Assembly (NCBI RefSeq): GCF_009914755.1
Contig: NC_060927.1
Source: the human T2T-CHM13v2.0 reference genome, Homo sapiens
DNA: 64,000 nt
Reading direction: 5' to 3' (one strand)
The stretch's first letter is position 1, and each line of letters starts with the position of its first letter. The notes beneath the pieces were generated by a model that had not been told where the DNA came from, ran no database searches, and saw only the letters and a program-made list of their open reading frames with translations. Shown one piece after another: positions 13,470-26,770 of the stretch. A program made the translations under genes and the position numbers.

Positions 13470-16400
13470 TTTATTTTTTATATATTTTTTACTTTTTAAA
13501 AATTTTTGCAGAAGTTATTGGGGTACAGGTGGTATTTGGTTGAATAAGTTTTTTAGTGGTGATTTGTAAGATTTTGGTGTACCCATCTCCTTAGCAGTAT
13601 ACACTGCACCATATTTGCAGTCTTTTATCCCTTGCCCCCCTCCCACCATTCCCCTCAAGTCCCCAAAGTCCATTGTATCCTCATAGCTTAGCTTCTACTA
13701 AGCAAGATGTGGACTTCTCATATCAGTGAGAATATACAGTGTTTGGTTTTCCATTCCTGAGTTACTTCACTTAGAATAATAGTCTCCAATCTCATCCAGG
13801 TCTCTGCAAATGCCATTAATTCATTCCTTTTTATGGCTGGGTAGTATTCCATCATATAAGTATACAACAGTTTCTTTATCGACTCATTGATTGATGGGCA
13901 TTTGGGTTGGTTCCACGATTTTGCAATTGTGAATTGTGCTGCTATAAACATTAGTGTGCAAGTATCTTTTTCATATAATGACTTATTTTCCTCTAGGTAG
14001 ATACCCAGTAGTAGGATTGCTGGATCAAATGGTAGTTTTACTTTTAGTTCTTTAAGGAATCTCCACACTGTTTTCCATAGTGGTTGTACTAGTTTACATT
14101 CCCACCGGCAGTGTACAAGTGTTCTCTGTTCACTGCATCCATGCCAACATCCACTGTTTCTTTTTATTATTATTTTTGATTATGGCCATTCTTGAAGGAG
14201 TAAAGTGGTATGGCATTGTGGTTTTAATTTGGGTTTCCCTGATCATTAGTGATGTTGAGCATTTTTTCATGTGTTTGTTGCCCATTTGTGTATCTTTTTT
14301 TGAGAATTGTCTATTCATGTCCTTAGCCCACTTTTTGATGGGATTGCTTTTTTTTCTCACTGATTTGTTTGAGTTCTTTGTAGATTCTGGATTTTAGTTC
14401 TTTGTCAGATGTATAGATTGTGAAGAGTTTCTCTCATTCTGTGGGTTGTCTGTTTACTCTGCTGACTGTTCCTTTTGCCGTGCAAAAGCTCTTTAGTTTA
14501 ACTAAGTCTCAACTGTTTATCTTTTTTTTATTGTATTCTCTTTCGGGTTCTTGGTCATGAAATATTTGCCTAGGTCAATGTCTAGAAGGGTTTTCCCAGT
14601 GTTATCCTCCAGAATTTTTATAGTTTCAGGTCTTAGATTTAAGTCCTTAATCCATCTTGAGTTGATTTTTGTATAAGGTGAGAGATGAGAATCCAGTTTC
14701 ATTCTCGTACATGTGGCTTGCCAATTATCCCAGCACCATTTGTTGAAAAGGTTGTACTTTCCCCACTTTATGTTTTTGTTTCCATTGTCGAAGATCAGTT
14801 GGCTATAAGTAGTTGGGTTTATTTCTGGGTTCTCCATTCTGTTCCATTGGTCTATAAGCCTATTTTTGTACCAGTACCATTTGTTTTGGAAACTATGGCT
14901 TTGTAATACAGTTTGAAATCAGGTAGTGTGACGCTTCCAGATTTGTTATTTTTGCTTAGTCTTCCTTTGGCTATGCAGACTCTTTTTTTGGGTCCGTATG
15001 AATTTTAGAATTGTTTTTTCTAATTCTGTGAAGAATGATGGTGGCATTTTGATGGGGATTGCTTTGAATTTGTAGATTGCCTTTGGCAGTATAGTCATTT
15101 TTACAATATTAATTCTACCCCTCTATGTGCATGGAATGTATTTCCATTTGTTTATGTTAGCTATGATTTCTTTCAGCAGTGTTTTGTTGTTTTCCTTGTA
15201 GAGGTCTTTTGGCTCCTTGGTGAGGTCTATTCATAAATATTTTACTTTTTTTGCAGCTATTGTAAAAGGAGTTGCGTTCTTGATTTGATTCTTCGCTTGG
15301 TCATTTTTGGTGTATAGAAGATCTACTGGTTTGCATACTTTAATCTTGTATCCTGAAACCTTGCTGAAGTATTTTATCAGTTCTAGGAGTTTTCTGGAGG
15401 AGTCTTTAGGGTTTTCAAGGTAAACGATCATATTGTCAGCAAACAGTGACAGTTTGACTTCCTCTTTTTTTTTTTTTTTTGAGACAGAGTCTTGCTCTGT
15501 CACCCAGTCTGGAGTGCAGTGGCACCATCTCAGCTCACTGTAAGCTCCGCCTCCCGGGTTCACACCATTCTCCTGCCTCAGCCCCGCCCCCCACCCATCC
15601 CCACCAAGCTGGAACTACAGGCGCCCACCACCAAGCCCAGCTAATTTCTTTTTGTATTTTTAGTAGAAATGGGGTTTCACCATGTTAGCCAGGATGATCT
15701 CCATCTCCTAACCTCGTGATCCTCCCATCTCGGCCTCCCAAAGTGCTGGGATTACAGGCATGAGCCACCATGCCAGGCCCAGTTTGACTTCCTCTTTACC
15801 GATTTGGATGCCCTTTATTTCTTTCTCTTGTCTGATTGCTCTGGCTAGGACCTCCAGTACTATGTTGAAGAGGAGTGGTGAGAATGGGCATCCTTGTCTT
15901 GTTCCAGTTCTTATAGGAAGTGTTTTCAACTTTTCTTCATTCAGTATTATGTTGGTTGTGGTTTTGTCATAGATGGCTTTTATTACATTGAGGTTTGTCC
16001 CTTGTATGCTGATTTTGCTGAGAGATTTAATAAAAAATGGATGCTGGATTTTGTCAAATGCTCTTTCTGTATTTTTTGAGATGATCATATAATTTTTGTT
16101 TTTAATTCTGTTTAGGTGGTGTATCACATATATTGACTTGTGTATGTTAAACCATCCCTGCATGCCTGGTATGAAACCCACTTGATCATGGTGGATTATC
16201 TTTTTGAAATGTTTTTGTATTCAGTTAGGTAGTATTTTGCTAATGATTTTAGCATCAGTACTCATCAAGTTTATCTGTCTGTATTTTTCTTTTTTGGTTA
16301 TATCTTTTCCTGGTTTTAGTATTAGGATAATACTTGCTTCATAGAATTAATTAAGTAAGTTTCTTCTTTATCTATCTTGTGGAATAGTGTCAAAAGAATT

Positions 16401-17665
16401 GGTGTCAATTTTGCTTTGAATGTCTGGTAGAATTCTGCTGTGAATCCATCTGGTCCTTGACTTTTTTTTGTTGGTATTTTTAAATTACCATTTCAATCTT
16501 GTTGCTTGTTACTGGTCTGTTCAGGGTATCTAATTTTTACTGATTTAAGCTAGGAAGGTCATATTTTTTCCAGGAGTTTAGCCATCTCTTCTAGGTTTTC
16601 TAGTTTATGTGCATAAATGTGTTCATAGTAACCTTGAATGATCTTTTGTATTTCGGTGGTGTCAGTGTAGTATCTCCTGTTTCATTTCTTAATGAGGTTA
16701 TTCGGATTTTCTCTCTTCTTTTCTTGTTGTGGCTAATGGTCTGTCAGTAATATTTATATTTTCAAAGAACCCGCTTTTTGTTTCATTTATCTTTTCTATT
16801 TTTTGTTTGTTTGTTTGTTTGTTTCAATTTTATTTAGTTCTGCTCTGATCTTGGTAATTTCCTTTCTTCTGCAGGGTTTGGGTTTGGTTTGTTCTTGTTT
16901 CTTTAGTTCCTGGAAGTGTGACTTTAGAATGTCAGTTTGTGTTCTTTCAGTCTTTTTTGATGTAGGTGCTTAGGGCTGTGAACTTTCCTCTTATCACCAC
17001 CTTTGCTGTATCCCAGAGGCTTTGATAGGTTGTGTCTTTACTGTCATTCAGTTCGGAGAACTTTTAAATTTCCATCTTGATTTCATTTTTGACCCAATGC
17101 TCATTTAGAAGCAGGTTATTTAATTTCCATGTATTTGCATGGTTTTGAAGGTTCCTTTTGAAGTTGATTTCCAGTTTTATTCCACCGTGGTCTGAGAGAG
17201 TGCTTGATATAATTTCAATTTTCTTAAATTTATTGAGGGTCATTTTATGGCCTATCATATGGTCTATCTTGGAGAAAGTTCCATGTGCTATGTGAATCGA
17301 ATGTGTATTCTATGGTTATTTGATGAAATGTTCTGTATATAACTGTTAAGTCCATTTGTTCTGAGATATAGTTTAAATCCATCATTTCTTTGTTGACTTT
17401 CTATCTCAATGACCTGTCTCATGCTGTCAGTGGAGTATTAAAGTCCCCCACTATTACTGTATTGCTGTCTACTTCATTTCTTAGGTCAATTAGTAATTTT
17501 TTTATAAATTTGGGAGCTCCAGTGTCAGGTGCATATATGTTTAGGATAGTGATATTTTGCTGTTGGACAAGGCCTTTTGCCATTATGTAATGTCCTTCTT
17601 TGTCTCTTTTAACTACTGTTGCTTTAAAGTTTGTTTTGTGTGATACAAGAATAACCACCCCTGCT
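13470..17665 (-). mobile_element. L1PB (L1PB1-like), 5'-truncated, ORF2 disrupted
   Basis: 3'UTR TTATTGGGGTACAGGTGGTATTTGG; ORF-track peptides are L1 ORF2 (IVGDFNTPLT endonuclease, [18 protein letters not shown] and LFADNMIVY reverse transcriptase, WNQPKCPS C-terminus). Confidence 0.95.
15465..15779 (-). mobile_element. AluY-like element inserted in L1 ORF2
   Basis: AAGCTCCGCCTCCCGGGTTCACACCATTC and GTTAGCCAGGATG AluY diagnostics; TSD CAGTTTGACTTCCTCTTT. Confidence 0.95.
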
Positions 17666-17669
17666 AGAG

Positions 17670-19297
17670 GCAATAAATTACCAAATAGACAAAATTATTC
17701 TGCCCAGTGACATCATGAGTTTAAGTCATGATCTAATCCAGAGTCAACCATATGTGTGGATAGATGATAAAGCCAAATTGGCAGTATTGAAGATTATATG
17801 TGGGCCCAAGAGCATGGGCTCCCACACAACAGTGCCAATCTAGTTATTGCTACTATCAGTTGTCTGGCCAGTCAGCAACAGAAACCAACAATAAGCATCT
17901 GATATGGCACTCATACTAAAGAATACCAAACAACTAATTGATGTCAAGTTGATTATATTGGAGTCTTTCCATCCTGGAAGGGACAGCAGTTCATCTTGAT
18001 TGGAATTGTTTCTATATTCTAGATATGCAGCTTTTCCTTCTGACAAAGTCTTAACCAACGTCACTGTATAAGTGTTTCTGAGTGTTTGGATCTACAGACA
18101 CGGAATCTTACATGACACAGCATCAGATCAGAACCTCCCTTGTAGAGCAATGAAAGTGCATCAGAGGACCTACCATATGGGATCCACTGCTTCTATCACA
18201 TACTTCACCACTCAGAATCTACCAGAAAAATAAAATGGCCCTTTAAAAGAGCAATGAGGCACTAGCTTAAGGATGACACCCTGTAAGAATTGAGCACTAT
18301 CATTCAGGGAGTAACAGACCCCCTAAATCAAATAAGTAACCATTATGTAGTGCAGTGCTGCTTCCAACAGGGAGAATACATGGTTTCAGGAAAGAAGAGG
18401 TGTTTGTAGAAATGGCTGTGCTTATGAATAGTGATTGTATAGGGTAGATGTGCTTCCTGTCTGCACAACTCTGGGTTCTGCCAGTCAAGAGACCCGGGTT
18501 GGCAAATGTATTAGCAAAAACACTTCTGACAGGTAATAAGGCAAGAGTTTTATCAAACTTTCATTTACAGCTGTTTGGGCTCCTTAGGTCATAAGACCAG
18601 CAGTCAAGAAAAGGATGGTGTCACCGTCCATCAATGGTAATTAGTAGGTCTGTGTAATAAAGATCTGTGTAATTGCTGTTAAACAAAGGGGGCAGAAAGA
18701 AAATGTTCACACCTTTCTGGCCCAGTCAGATGTGTTTTTGTATTTCATTTCCTAATTTTGTAGATAAGCAGAGGAATGAAAAGGGTATGCTGCATACTCC
18801 TGACCCCAGAAAAAAAAGCATGGTTATCAAGTATTCAGATCATCCAGGCATAAGGCTCTGGATCAGTGGTATGTATACTATAGCCAAGTCAGACAGGCTT
18901 TCAAGCTGAGAACCATTTCTGTGAATCTCTTCCAAACTCCTGTTCAGTAATATCACACTGGTAGCTTGAAATTAGTGACGATGAAAGTATTTACATTATA
19001 GGAATTGGCAAGTGCTAGTAATCAGGATATTTCTATTTACTTATTTATGGAAATTTAGTTTGTCAACACGTCATGGGTCTGGATCAGCTACCAGACGAGC
19101 AGAATTAATCAACCTAGAATGGGTTGTAGAGATGGAAGAAGATAAGAATCATTTGCAACCTCTAAACCAGTTGCCCCAATGGGACTGCAATTCCTCCCAC
19201 TAAGTTGTATTTTTTGTTTTTATAATAAATCAACCAGAATTCTAGAGAAGTTGTTCCCAGAACTTATATGAAGCAAATGGATCCAACCAGCACAAGG
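17670..19297 (+). pseudogene. Decayed ERV-L pol (integrase) and 3' internal region
   Basis: From 17942 translates CQVDYIGVFPSWKGQQFILIGIV (ERV-L integrase WQVDYIGPLPSWKGQRFVLTGID-like), preceded by ..QQQKPT..YGT and followed by TASDQ and FYHILHHSE motifs; stops and frameshifts. Confidence 0.85.
18864..19076 (+). mobile_element. MER63A-like hAT MITE nested in ERV-L internal
   Basis: CAGTGGT start; TCTCTTCC..ACTCC..GTTCAGT..TCAC..TGGTAGCTTGAAAT..AGTATTTACA..AATTGGCAA core; 8-bp TSD CTCTGGAT/GTCTGGAT. Confidence 0.75.
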
Positions 19298-19341
19298 TGG
19301 TGGATGCACTAATGTAAATACTCTTATTACAGCCAATTTCA

Positions 19342-19695
<354 letters not shown>

Positions 19696-19749
19696 TTATC
19701 AGCCTGAAGACCAGTTGAGTTTGAAGGCTTTGCTCTTCAGAGAGCATAC

Positions 19750-20140
19750 TCTAGGACTGAGATTGGCAGGCAGTACATTGATTAGAGCGTACCCTTAGGA
19801 TCAATACTTGTGGAAGGGGAAAAGAGCAAGTAGGATTGGGCAAAGAAGTCGAGCCGCTGGGATGCAGGGCTGGACAGTGTGAGTCAGCTCCATGGTGAGC
19901 TCTGGAGCTGATGATTTCCATTAGAGTTCTCAGGCACTGGGCCAAAATGGATATGCCATTATACTCTACTTCAATCAGCCACTAGATCGCCCCCCTAGAC
20001 ATTGCAAACTTGACCAAGACAGCTCATTTCAGCTGATACAATCCCTGAAAATTCTGATAGATAATAGCTGTCTACTGACTAGATTACCAGTAGTGGGACT
20101 GCAAGCACCTTCTTAAAAAGGAGTTTGGGCAGAACATCTC
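19750..20140 (-). mobile_element. LTR16-family LTR, inverted
   Basis: CTGAGATTGGCAGGCAG...GGATCAATACTTGTG...GTAGGATTGGGCA...GAGCTCTGGAGCTG is the reverse complement of the LTR16 3' half. Confidence 0.7.
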
Positions 20141-20144
20141 CACA

Positions 20145-20582
20145 ACCGCAGTGTACACTCCTTCTTTAGGACTGTGGCACTCATTACCCCACCTTCTAAA
20201 GGGTTGGTATCTGATGGCTGTTACCTGAGAGTCACTTTGAGAATTGCCTCAGCCAAAAAAACCTCCTTTGCAAAAATCTGTGGTCCCTGTCCAGGAGAAG
20301 TCCAAATCCAAAGACTGGTTCTGTTAGGGGTAGGGATGGATACAATAACTCAGTGTAGTTGCCTCAAGGGCATCCCATGTGAAGCACTATCACAGCAGCA
20401 GGACTCTCTTGAGATCATCTGAGGCCTTTGTGTGACTATGTCATAAATTGTATCTTCCCTCTTCCCATTCTCTCTTCCTTTAGTTCCCCACAAGTGTTGA
20501 TCTGGAGGGCACACTCCAAGAAACTTCCTCCAAGCAAATCTCCATCTCAGTGTTTGTTTCCTAGGCAACCTGATCTAAGAAG
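20145..20582 (+). mobile_element. LTR16-family 3' LTR of the provirus
   Basis: AGGACTGTGGCACTCATT...ATCCAAAGACTGGT...CACAAGTGTTGATC...GCAAATCTCCATCTCAGTGTTTGTTTCCTAGGCAACCTGATCTAAGA; homologous to 12604-13203. Confidence 0.78.
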
Positions 20583-20819
20583 TGATGAAAGTCAAACTAG
20601 AAACTATATATCTGTGTAATAAAAGATATGACATAAGTAAGCAACAGTGCCACTGAAGCATAGTAAGATCATTCAACTCTATAGGTTGTGAAGATGCAAA
20701 GAGGAGGGGTCAGTGCACCCTCAACAGGTAAGATGATATCATCCGTCTCCCAGATGGCCCAATTAAAATGAAGCTCTTAATCTCTCCAAATTTGAGGACA
20801 CAATAGTTAAACTTTTTAT

Positions 20820-21312
20820 GCAGATATATGTAACTGAAACCTAATTATGTTAGCTTTAAAAATGTTTTGTTCTCACATATCAATAAATTTTCAGATAGCT
20901 ATCCAGAGTTGGTATGGTAGATCCATAATGTCACTAGTGACACAGACTTTTTTATCTATCTCAGATCTGCCATTCTTACTGTGTGACTGTTTTCCTCAGG
21001 CTCACAGCATAATTGCTGAATGTATAGACAACAGCTTTCTTTCTCCACAGGAAGAATGGGAAAGATCAAGAATGGGAAAAATCAAAGAGCAAATTGCAAC
21101 ATGCAGAAGTCAAATGACTTGTCTGCTTTAAAATGTTCTACTGAACATCTCTCCCACAAAACTTCTGATTCCGTCTTATTGGCCAGAGCCAGTTCCTACA
21201 GCACATCTGATTCCAGAGAACATAGGGAGCAGCTAGTCACCTTGTTCCCTCAACCAAATTGAGATTATGTTAGTTAGAAAACAAGAAAAAAGCAGATATT
21301 GGGTAGGCAACT
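20820..21312 (-). mobile_element. Old MaLR LTR (MLT1J/K-like)
   Basis: Decayed MLT1 pattern (CTTATTGGCCAGAGCCAG...GATATTGGGTAGGCAACTAG); boundaries approximate. Confidence 0.55.
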
Positions 21313-22679
21313 AGTAGTATCAACAACAGAAGATTACTATGAAAGGAAAACCAAAATAAACAAAAAGAGTTATTGTTAGTGTAGATTACTTATGGCCTAG
21401 TAATTGTGAGACCTTATAATTCTCACCAGGTTTTTCTATCTTAGCAAATAAAATGTTATTTTGACTACATAATACAAAAGCAGCCCTGGTTTCCAAATAA
21501 CATAAAATGTATCTCTTAGTGTCTAGGAGAACTCACTAAAATAGGGTGGGGCATGGTAACATGTTTTATGCAGAATCAGTTACATATGTAAAATAGAGAA
21601 ACTTAAACTGATCATGTGGAAGCAATTTTTTCTTTTCTGTATCATATTGGTTTAAACTGCAAAAAGTAAATATCAAGAAAGAATCCAACTTACTGCAAAT
21701 GCTGTTTAAGCAAAAGCTTTTTATTGAACTCACAGACCAAATTCAAGGAGTGCATTATTCACACTATGTCTTACATACACAGAATCCCAAAATGATTTAT
21801 AAAGTTAAATAATACAATTACACAGTTAAATAACCACAAAGGGAGAAGAAAATTAAGAGAGCTTTAGGCAAGAGAAGAGACTTTCAAGAACTATATGAAA
21901 AGAAGAAAAGATAGCATCAATGAGGCAGAGAAATGTAAGAAGTTTCTTCCAGATGCCAAGAGCAATAAAGAAAAAGGCTTTTGATCCTATCTCACTGAAA
22001 AGCACCATGGAAGGAAGAAACAATTAGTGTCAGAAAACTGAAGGAATGAGACGGAATAGAGATAGATATTCCTTGAAATACATTTCCCAGCTACAAGCAG
22101 ACGTAAACTTTAAAAGGAGTTGGGTATAAAAGGATCTCGAGATTTTTTTATTCAATGGCATAATAAAATATGTACATGATTCCAAAATTCCCGTGGAACT
22201 ATACACAGTCCTCAAAGCAGAAAATATGAAAACATACCTGTTTCATACACATAAGTAGGCCAGCAATAGGGTTATAAGTGAGCTCTTTTCCTCCACCTCA
22301 TCTGTCCTTATATCACAATATTTGAGGTATTAGAAATAAAGATGTTATATAAACCTTCTTTTTAATGATAAAGGTAGTACACACATTGGACATCAACCCT
22401 GCTCCAGTGAGAAATGCAATACGTGTGGTTTATAGCTTTGCTCCAGCTTTTTGTTCAACAGCCCTATCTCCCATACCAATTCTGTCCACTCATACTTCTT
22501 TACTTGGACCTTTTAGCAAGAGCCTATAATTATAGCTTATGTCCCAATTATGTTCCTTTCAGTGGGACTCTGAGGTATAACAAACACAGTACTAGATTTA
22601 GAGATTAAAGGAGGGATTTAGTAAATTTGCTCCACCATTCTAGTGTAGTGTGTATTCATCAATGTGCCCTTAATGGTTT

Positions 22680-22979
22680 CTTTTGTTTGTTTTGTTTTGT
22701 TTTTGAGGCAGTCTCACTCTGTCACCAAGGCTGGAGTGCAGTGGTGTGATCTCGGCTCACTGCAACCTCTGCCTCCTGAGTTCAAGAATTCTCTGCCTCA
22801 GCCTCCCAAGTAGCTGGGATTACAGGCGCCCACTACCATACCCGACTAATTTTTGTATTTTTAGTAGAGATGGGGTTTTACCATCTTGGCCAGGCTGGTC
22901 TTGAACTCCTGACCTCGTGATGCGCCTGGCTTGGACTTCCAAAGTGCTGGGATACAGGCGTGAGCTACCATGCCTGGCC
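22680..22979 (-). mobile_element. AluS with (TTTTG)n tail, adjoining a MIR fragment (22980-23060)
   Basis: Canonical reverse Alu dimer; CCCCTTAACTTTTGTGAGCCTCATTGTCCCCATCTATGA is MIR core. Confidence 0.93.
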
Positions 22980-23492
22980 AGCCCCTTAACTTTTGTGAGC
23001 CTCATTGTCCCCATCTATGAGAGAAGATACTTGTTAAAGGGCCACTGAGATAGAAACAAATCAAATGAACTTGATTACAGAAAGAGACAAACAAGATATC
23101 TTTAAACAGAGGGAAAGATGGAGTCAGCTTAAGACAAGAAATAGCAGACACTTATTCCAATAGTATCAACAGAATATGTAAAACATATGTGAGTGCTTTG
23201 TGAATTTTAAATACATGCATCTAAACTAGTCAGCTCAGGGAAGTCAATACTAGAGGTAGTAGAATAAATTGTGAAGACTCTCTTTGCAGTGGGAAAGTCG
23301 CTCTGGCTATCTCTTCAACACTAACTGTACAATCCAGTTTTGTTCCTAGAAATGCTCTTTAATATAGTTGCCTTCTGGAAATGTAATATTGCATTATCCT
23401 ATTGTACCCAAGCAATTATCTGTATTCATAATCCTTCCTCCTTAGTGGGTATTCTGAAAGTGTAATCGCCCTTTATTGATCTTTATACTGGG

Positions 23493-23845
23493 TGATATGG
23501 TTTGGTTGTGTCCCCAGCCAAATCTCATCTTGAATTCCCACGTGTTGTGGGAGGGACGCGGTGGGAGGTAGTTGAATCATGGGGCGGGTCTTTCCCATGC
23601 TGTTCTCATGACGGTGAGTGAGTCTCATGAGATCTGATAGTTCTATGAGAGGAGTTTCCCTGCACAGGCTCTCTCTTTGCCTGCTGCCATCCACGTAGGA
23701 AGTGGGTTCCTCCTCTTTGCCTTCCGCCATGATTGTGAGGCTTCCCTGGCCATGTGGAGCTGTAAGTCCAATTAAACCTCCTTCTTTTGTAGATCGCCCA
23801 GTCTTGGGTATGTCTTTATCAACAGCATGAAGACAGACTAATTCA
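23493..23845 (+). mobile_element. THE1A-like solo LTR
   Basis: TGATATGGTTTGG...GACTAATTCA; perfect TSD CTGGG (23488-23492, 23846-23850). Confidence 0.94.
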
Positions 23846-24409
23846 CTGGGATATATAACTAATGTAAAACTCTAGAATGATAGACAAAATTATATATAAT
23901 AGATACTAAAATAATGGTATTTGGATCTTTGAAACGCTGTCCTATGTGCTCCATTTGCCGTGGAAGGTGGACCTCATTAGTAGATGTTTTGCCCTGTACT
24001 GCACTGCTTGATAAAAACAATTTCAAAAGGAGAGGGGCTAAGTTAAATTGCATGGCAAGTACATACAAAAATGTAATAGAACCCACAATTAAGAGGGAGA
24101 AGTGGGAAGAGACAGGAGAACCAGCAGAAGCTGAAAGGGGGAAAACACTGGGTAACGGGAATTGACAGACACTTGAGGAGTAGCTTTAGTGAAGTAGCTT
24201 TACTGAAGTTTAGCAAGTCATATGAGGGGATAGAAATTAGAACATTTTTGCTAGGTGTCATGCAAGGCAGGCATTTCCCTATTTTTCCTCTTTTATAGAT
24301 ATACTTTTCCTTTTGAGCCTTTTTATTTTTAATGTTTAATTTATGTTTTATTTTGTACATGACACTCTGCTAAGACAAGGCCATGCGGCAATGTTAAGTG
24401 AGGTAAACA

Positions 24410-24486
<77 letters not shown>
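24410..24486. repeat. (TG)n(TA)n compound microsatellite
   Basis: Directly visible. Confidence 0.97.
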
Positions 24487-25629
24487 GGAGAAATTACTAT
24501 TTATTTTAACATATATACATATAAATACACATACACAATTTGGCAGTGGTGGAAGGTTATAACTTTGAGGAAAGAAAAACTGACTTGCATTTGAAACAAC
24601 AACTCTCAGGGTACTATATATCTTCATTCCACTGAGATGTGTTATAATCTCCAGTCATAGTTCAGCACTTACAGTCTAGGGCTGCCACAGTAGTATTCTT
24701 AGTGAAAAGAAATAGTTAAATGGAACAAATAATGCCTACAGCAAAATAAATATAGCAAATCATTTTTCAAAATCAGCTCCTATGATAATATCCTAAAACT
24801 TGCCTTTAAGCCTTTAATCTTATTATTTTTTTCTTTCTTTTTTTTCTTTTAAGAGGGGAGTATTCATACGGGAAGTTTTCCCTTTTACATCTCTCTGGCT
24901 ACCAATTTGACTCTTCATGTGAAAAGCTCCTGAGGTCCCAAATGTACCATTTTCAATAAATTATACTCCAAATCTCATAATTTAAGTCACTTTAGATTCA
25001 TTTCTTTCACCTCAGTTTGTTGTTTTCTTTGGCTTCCATATGATATTTTTCTAAAGTCATCCTCGAACAGTCTGTTTATTAAAAATGTTACAGTGAGAAC
25101 TAGATAGTGATGGATATAAACAGCCAGAAGGAGTCACTATCACTGAAAATTGCTTTAATCAGTTCAGTTAAGTGAAAACATATGTTGATAAGAGTCATAT
25201 TTCTCAGTAAAGCATATTCTTGTGGCTTAATTTGTTCTACAAGTCCAACCTCTTCCTCCCATTGTTTCTCTCTAAACACAATATTACTTTCTCTGTTTAA
25301 TTATCTTAACAGCAGCCCTGTAAATAAATGCAATAGCTTAATTGTACTTCTTTGTGAGCTATCTGTTTCAGTGTGGTTCTAAATGATTACCTTTTTCAAT
25401 TATTTTTGTGAAGCTGCTGCTCATAAAAATAAGATAAAAGCCAGTGACTGAAGCAGAGAAGTGAAGGGTACATTAAGAAAAACATAGAATTGCACTGTAA
25501 GAGGAATGGAAAGAACTTTAGATACCAGCTCATCTTCCCTGCCAAATAATCAACCTAATCAAAGGCTGAGACCCAGGTAAATATGTCTTGCCAAAGCATT
25601 CATTGATTAGAAGAACTCTAAATACCAGA

Positions 25630-26062
25630 GTGTTGGATGCTGTGGTGTACTACCCAGATCTGGCTTCCATGACTGAAATATTCATTCGTCCATTTGCTGG
25701 GAGTGTTGACTGCTGAAAGGTCACAACTGAGACCTCTCCAGTCATTGCCCTTAAAGTAAGATTGTTGACTCAATCAGAATTGCACTCCTTCTCTGGAGCA
25801 TTTCACATCGAATTACTGAAACATGTAGATGCTTGAGCATCTTATCTCAATGAGATGTCTCTGAATATTCCTTCAAGCTCGAGAACTCCCCATGATGTGG
25901 GCCTTTTTTGAAATTACATCACAGTTCAGCTTTTGTCTCTACACAATCCTACTTCTTTTCTCATTCCCCTAAAAAACTGTTTCCAAGAGCACTTTCTAAT
26001 AAATACTCTCTACACAGATTCCCACTTTAAAGTTTGTTTCCCAGAGAATCAATTCTATAGCT
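25630..26062 (+). mobile_element. LTR16-family solo LTR
   Basis: TGGATGCTGTGGTGTACTACCCAGAT...GCTGGGAGTGTTGACTGCTGA...AATAAA...GTTTGTTTCCCAGAGAA. Confidence 0.72.
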
Positions 26063-26441
26063 CACAGTTGGATCAATGTAAAAGTTGTCTAATTGCAACT
26101 TTAGAAACTTATGGATATTTTAGTATCTGTTTTAATCAAGTTTTAAAGATAAGGAGATTAATAAAATGATAATCTGAGGAATTTGCATCCTAGACACTTA
26201 TTTCTTAGAAGTAAATTAAGAATTATAGGGTTTTAATTGTTAAAAGTAAGAAAAAGATTAATTTCAGAATCCAATCACTTAAGCAAATATTTATTGTGTC
26301 TCCACTAAATGCCCCCCATAATGCAAACTGCAAAAATGTTAAGCCAAATATGGCACAGGCTTTGCATTCAAGAAACGGATATTAAAACAACTATTTGCAA
26401 TCAAGTGTGGCAATAAAGTGATAGAAGTATGTATCAGATTA

Positions 26442-26770
26442 GGCCGGGTGAAGTGGCTCACACCTGTAATTTCAGCACTTTGGGAGGCCAAACTGGGCGG
26501 ATCATGAGGTCAGGAGATAGAGACCATCCTGACCAACATGGTGAAACCGCATCTCTACTAAAAATACCGAAAAAAAAAATTAGCTGGGCATGGTGGCACG
26601 CACTTGTAATCCCAGCCACTCAGGAGGCTGAGACAGGAGGATCACTTGAATCAGGGAGTTGGAGGTTGCAGTGAGCCGGCCACTGCACTCCAGCCTGGTG
26701 ACAGAGCAAGACTCTGTCTCAAAAAAAAAAAAAAGAAAAAAAGAAAAGAAAGAAAGAAAAAAGAAAACGA
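26442..26770 (+). mobile_element. Alu (AluSc-like) with (AAAG)n tail and small right-arm deletion
   Basis: Canonical dimer; GTGAGCCG-GCCACTG lacks the usual AGATCGC. Confidence 0.94.

Noticed and set aside
13718-17673. Reverse transcriptase/endonuclease-like ORFs as a novel retro-system
   Set aside because: Ordinary fragmented LINE-1 ORF2; same for 32169-34497 and 53831-58556
24343-24627. ORFs with IY repeats, and the K/R/E-rich or F/L/S-rich ORFs at 41706-42107
   Set aside because: Translations of microsatellites
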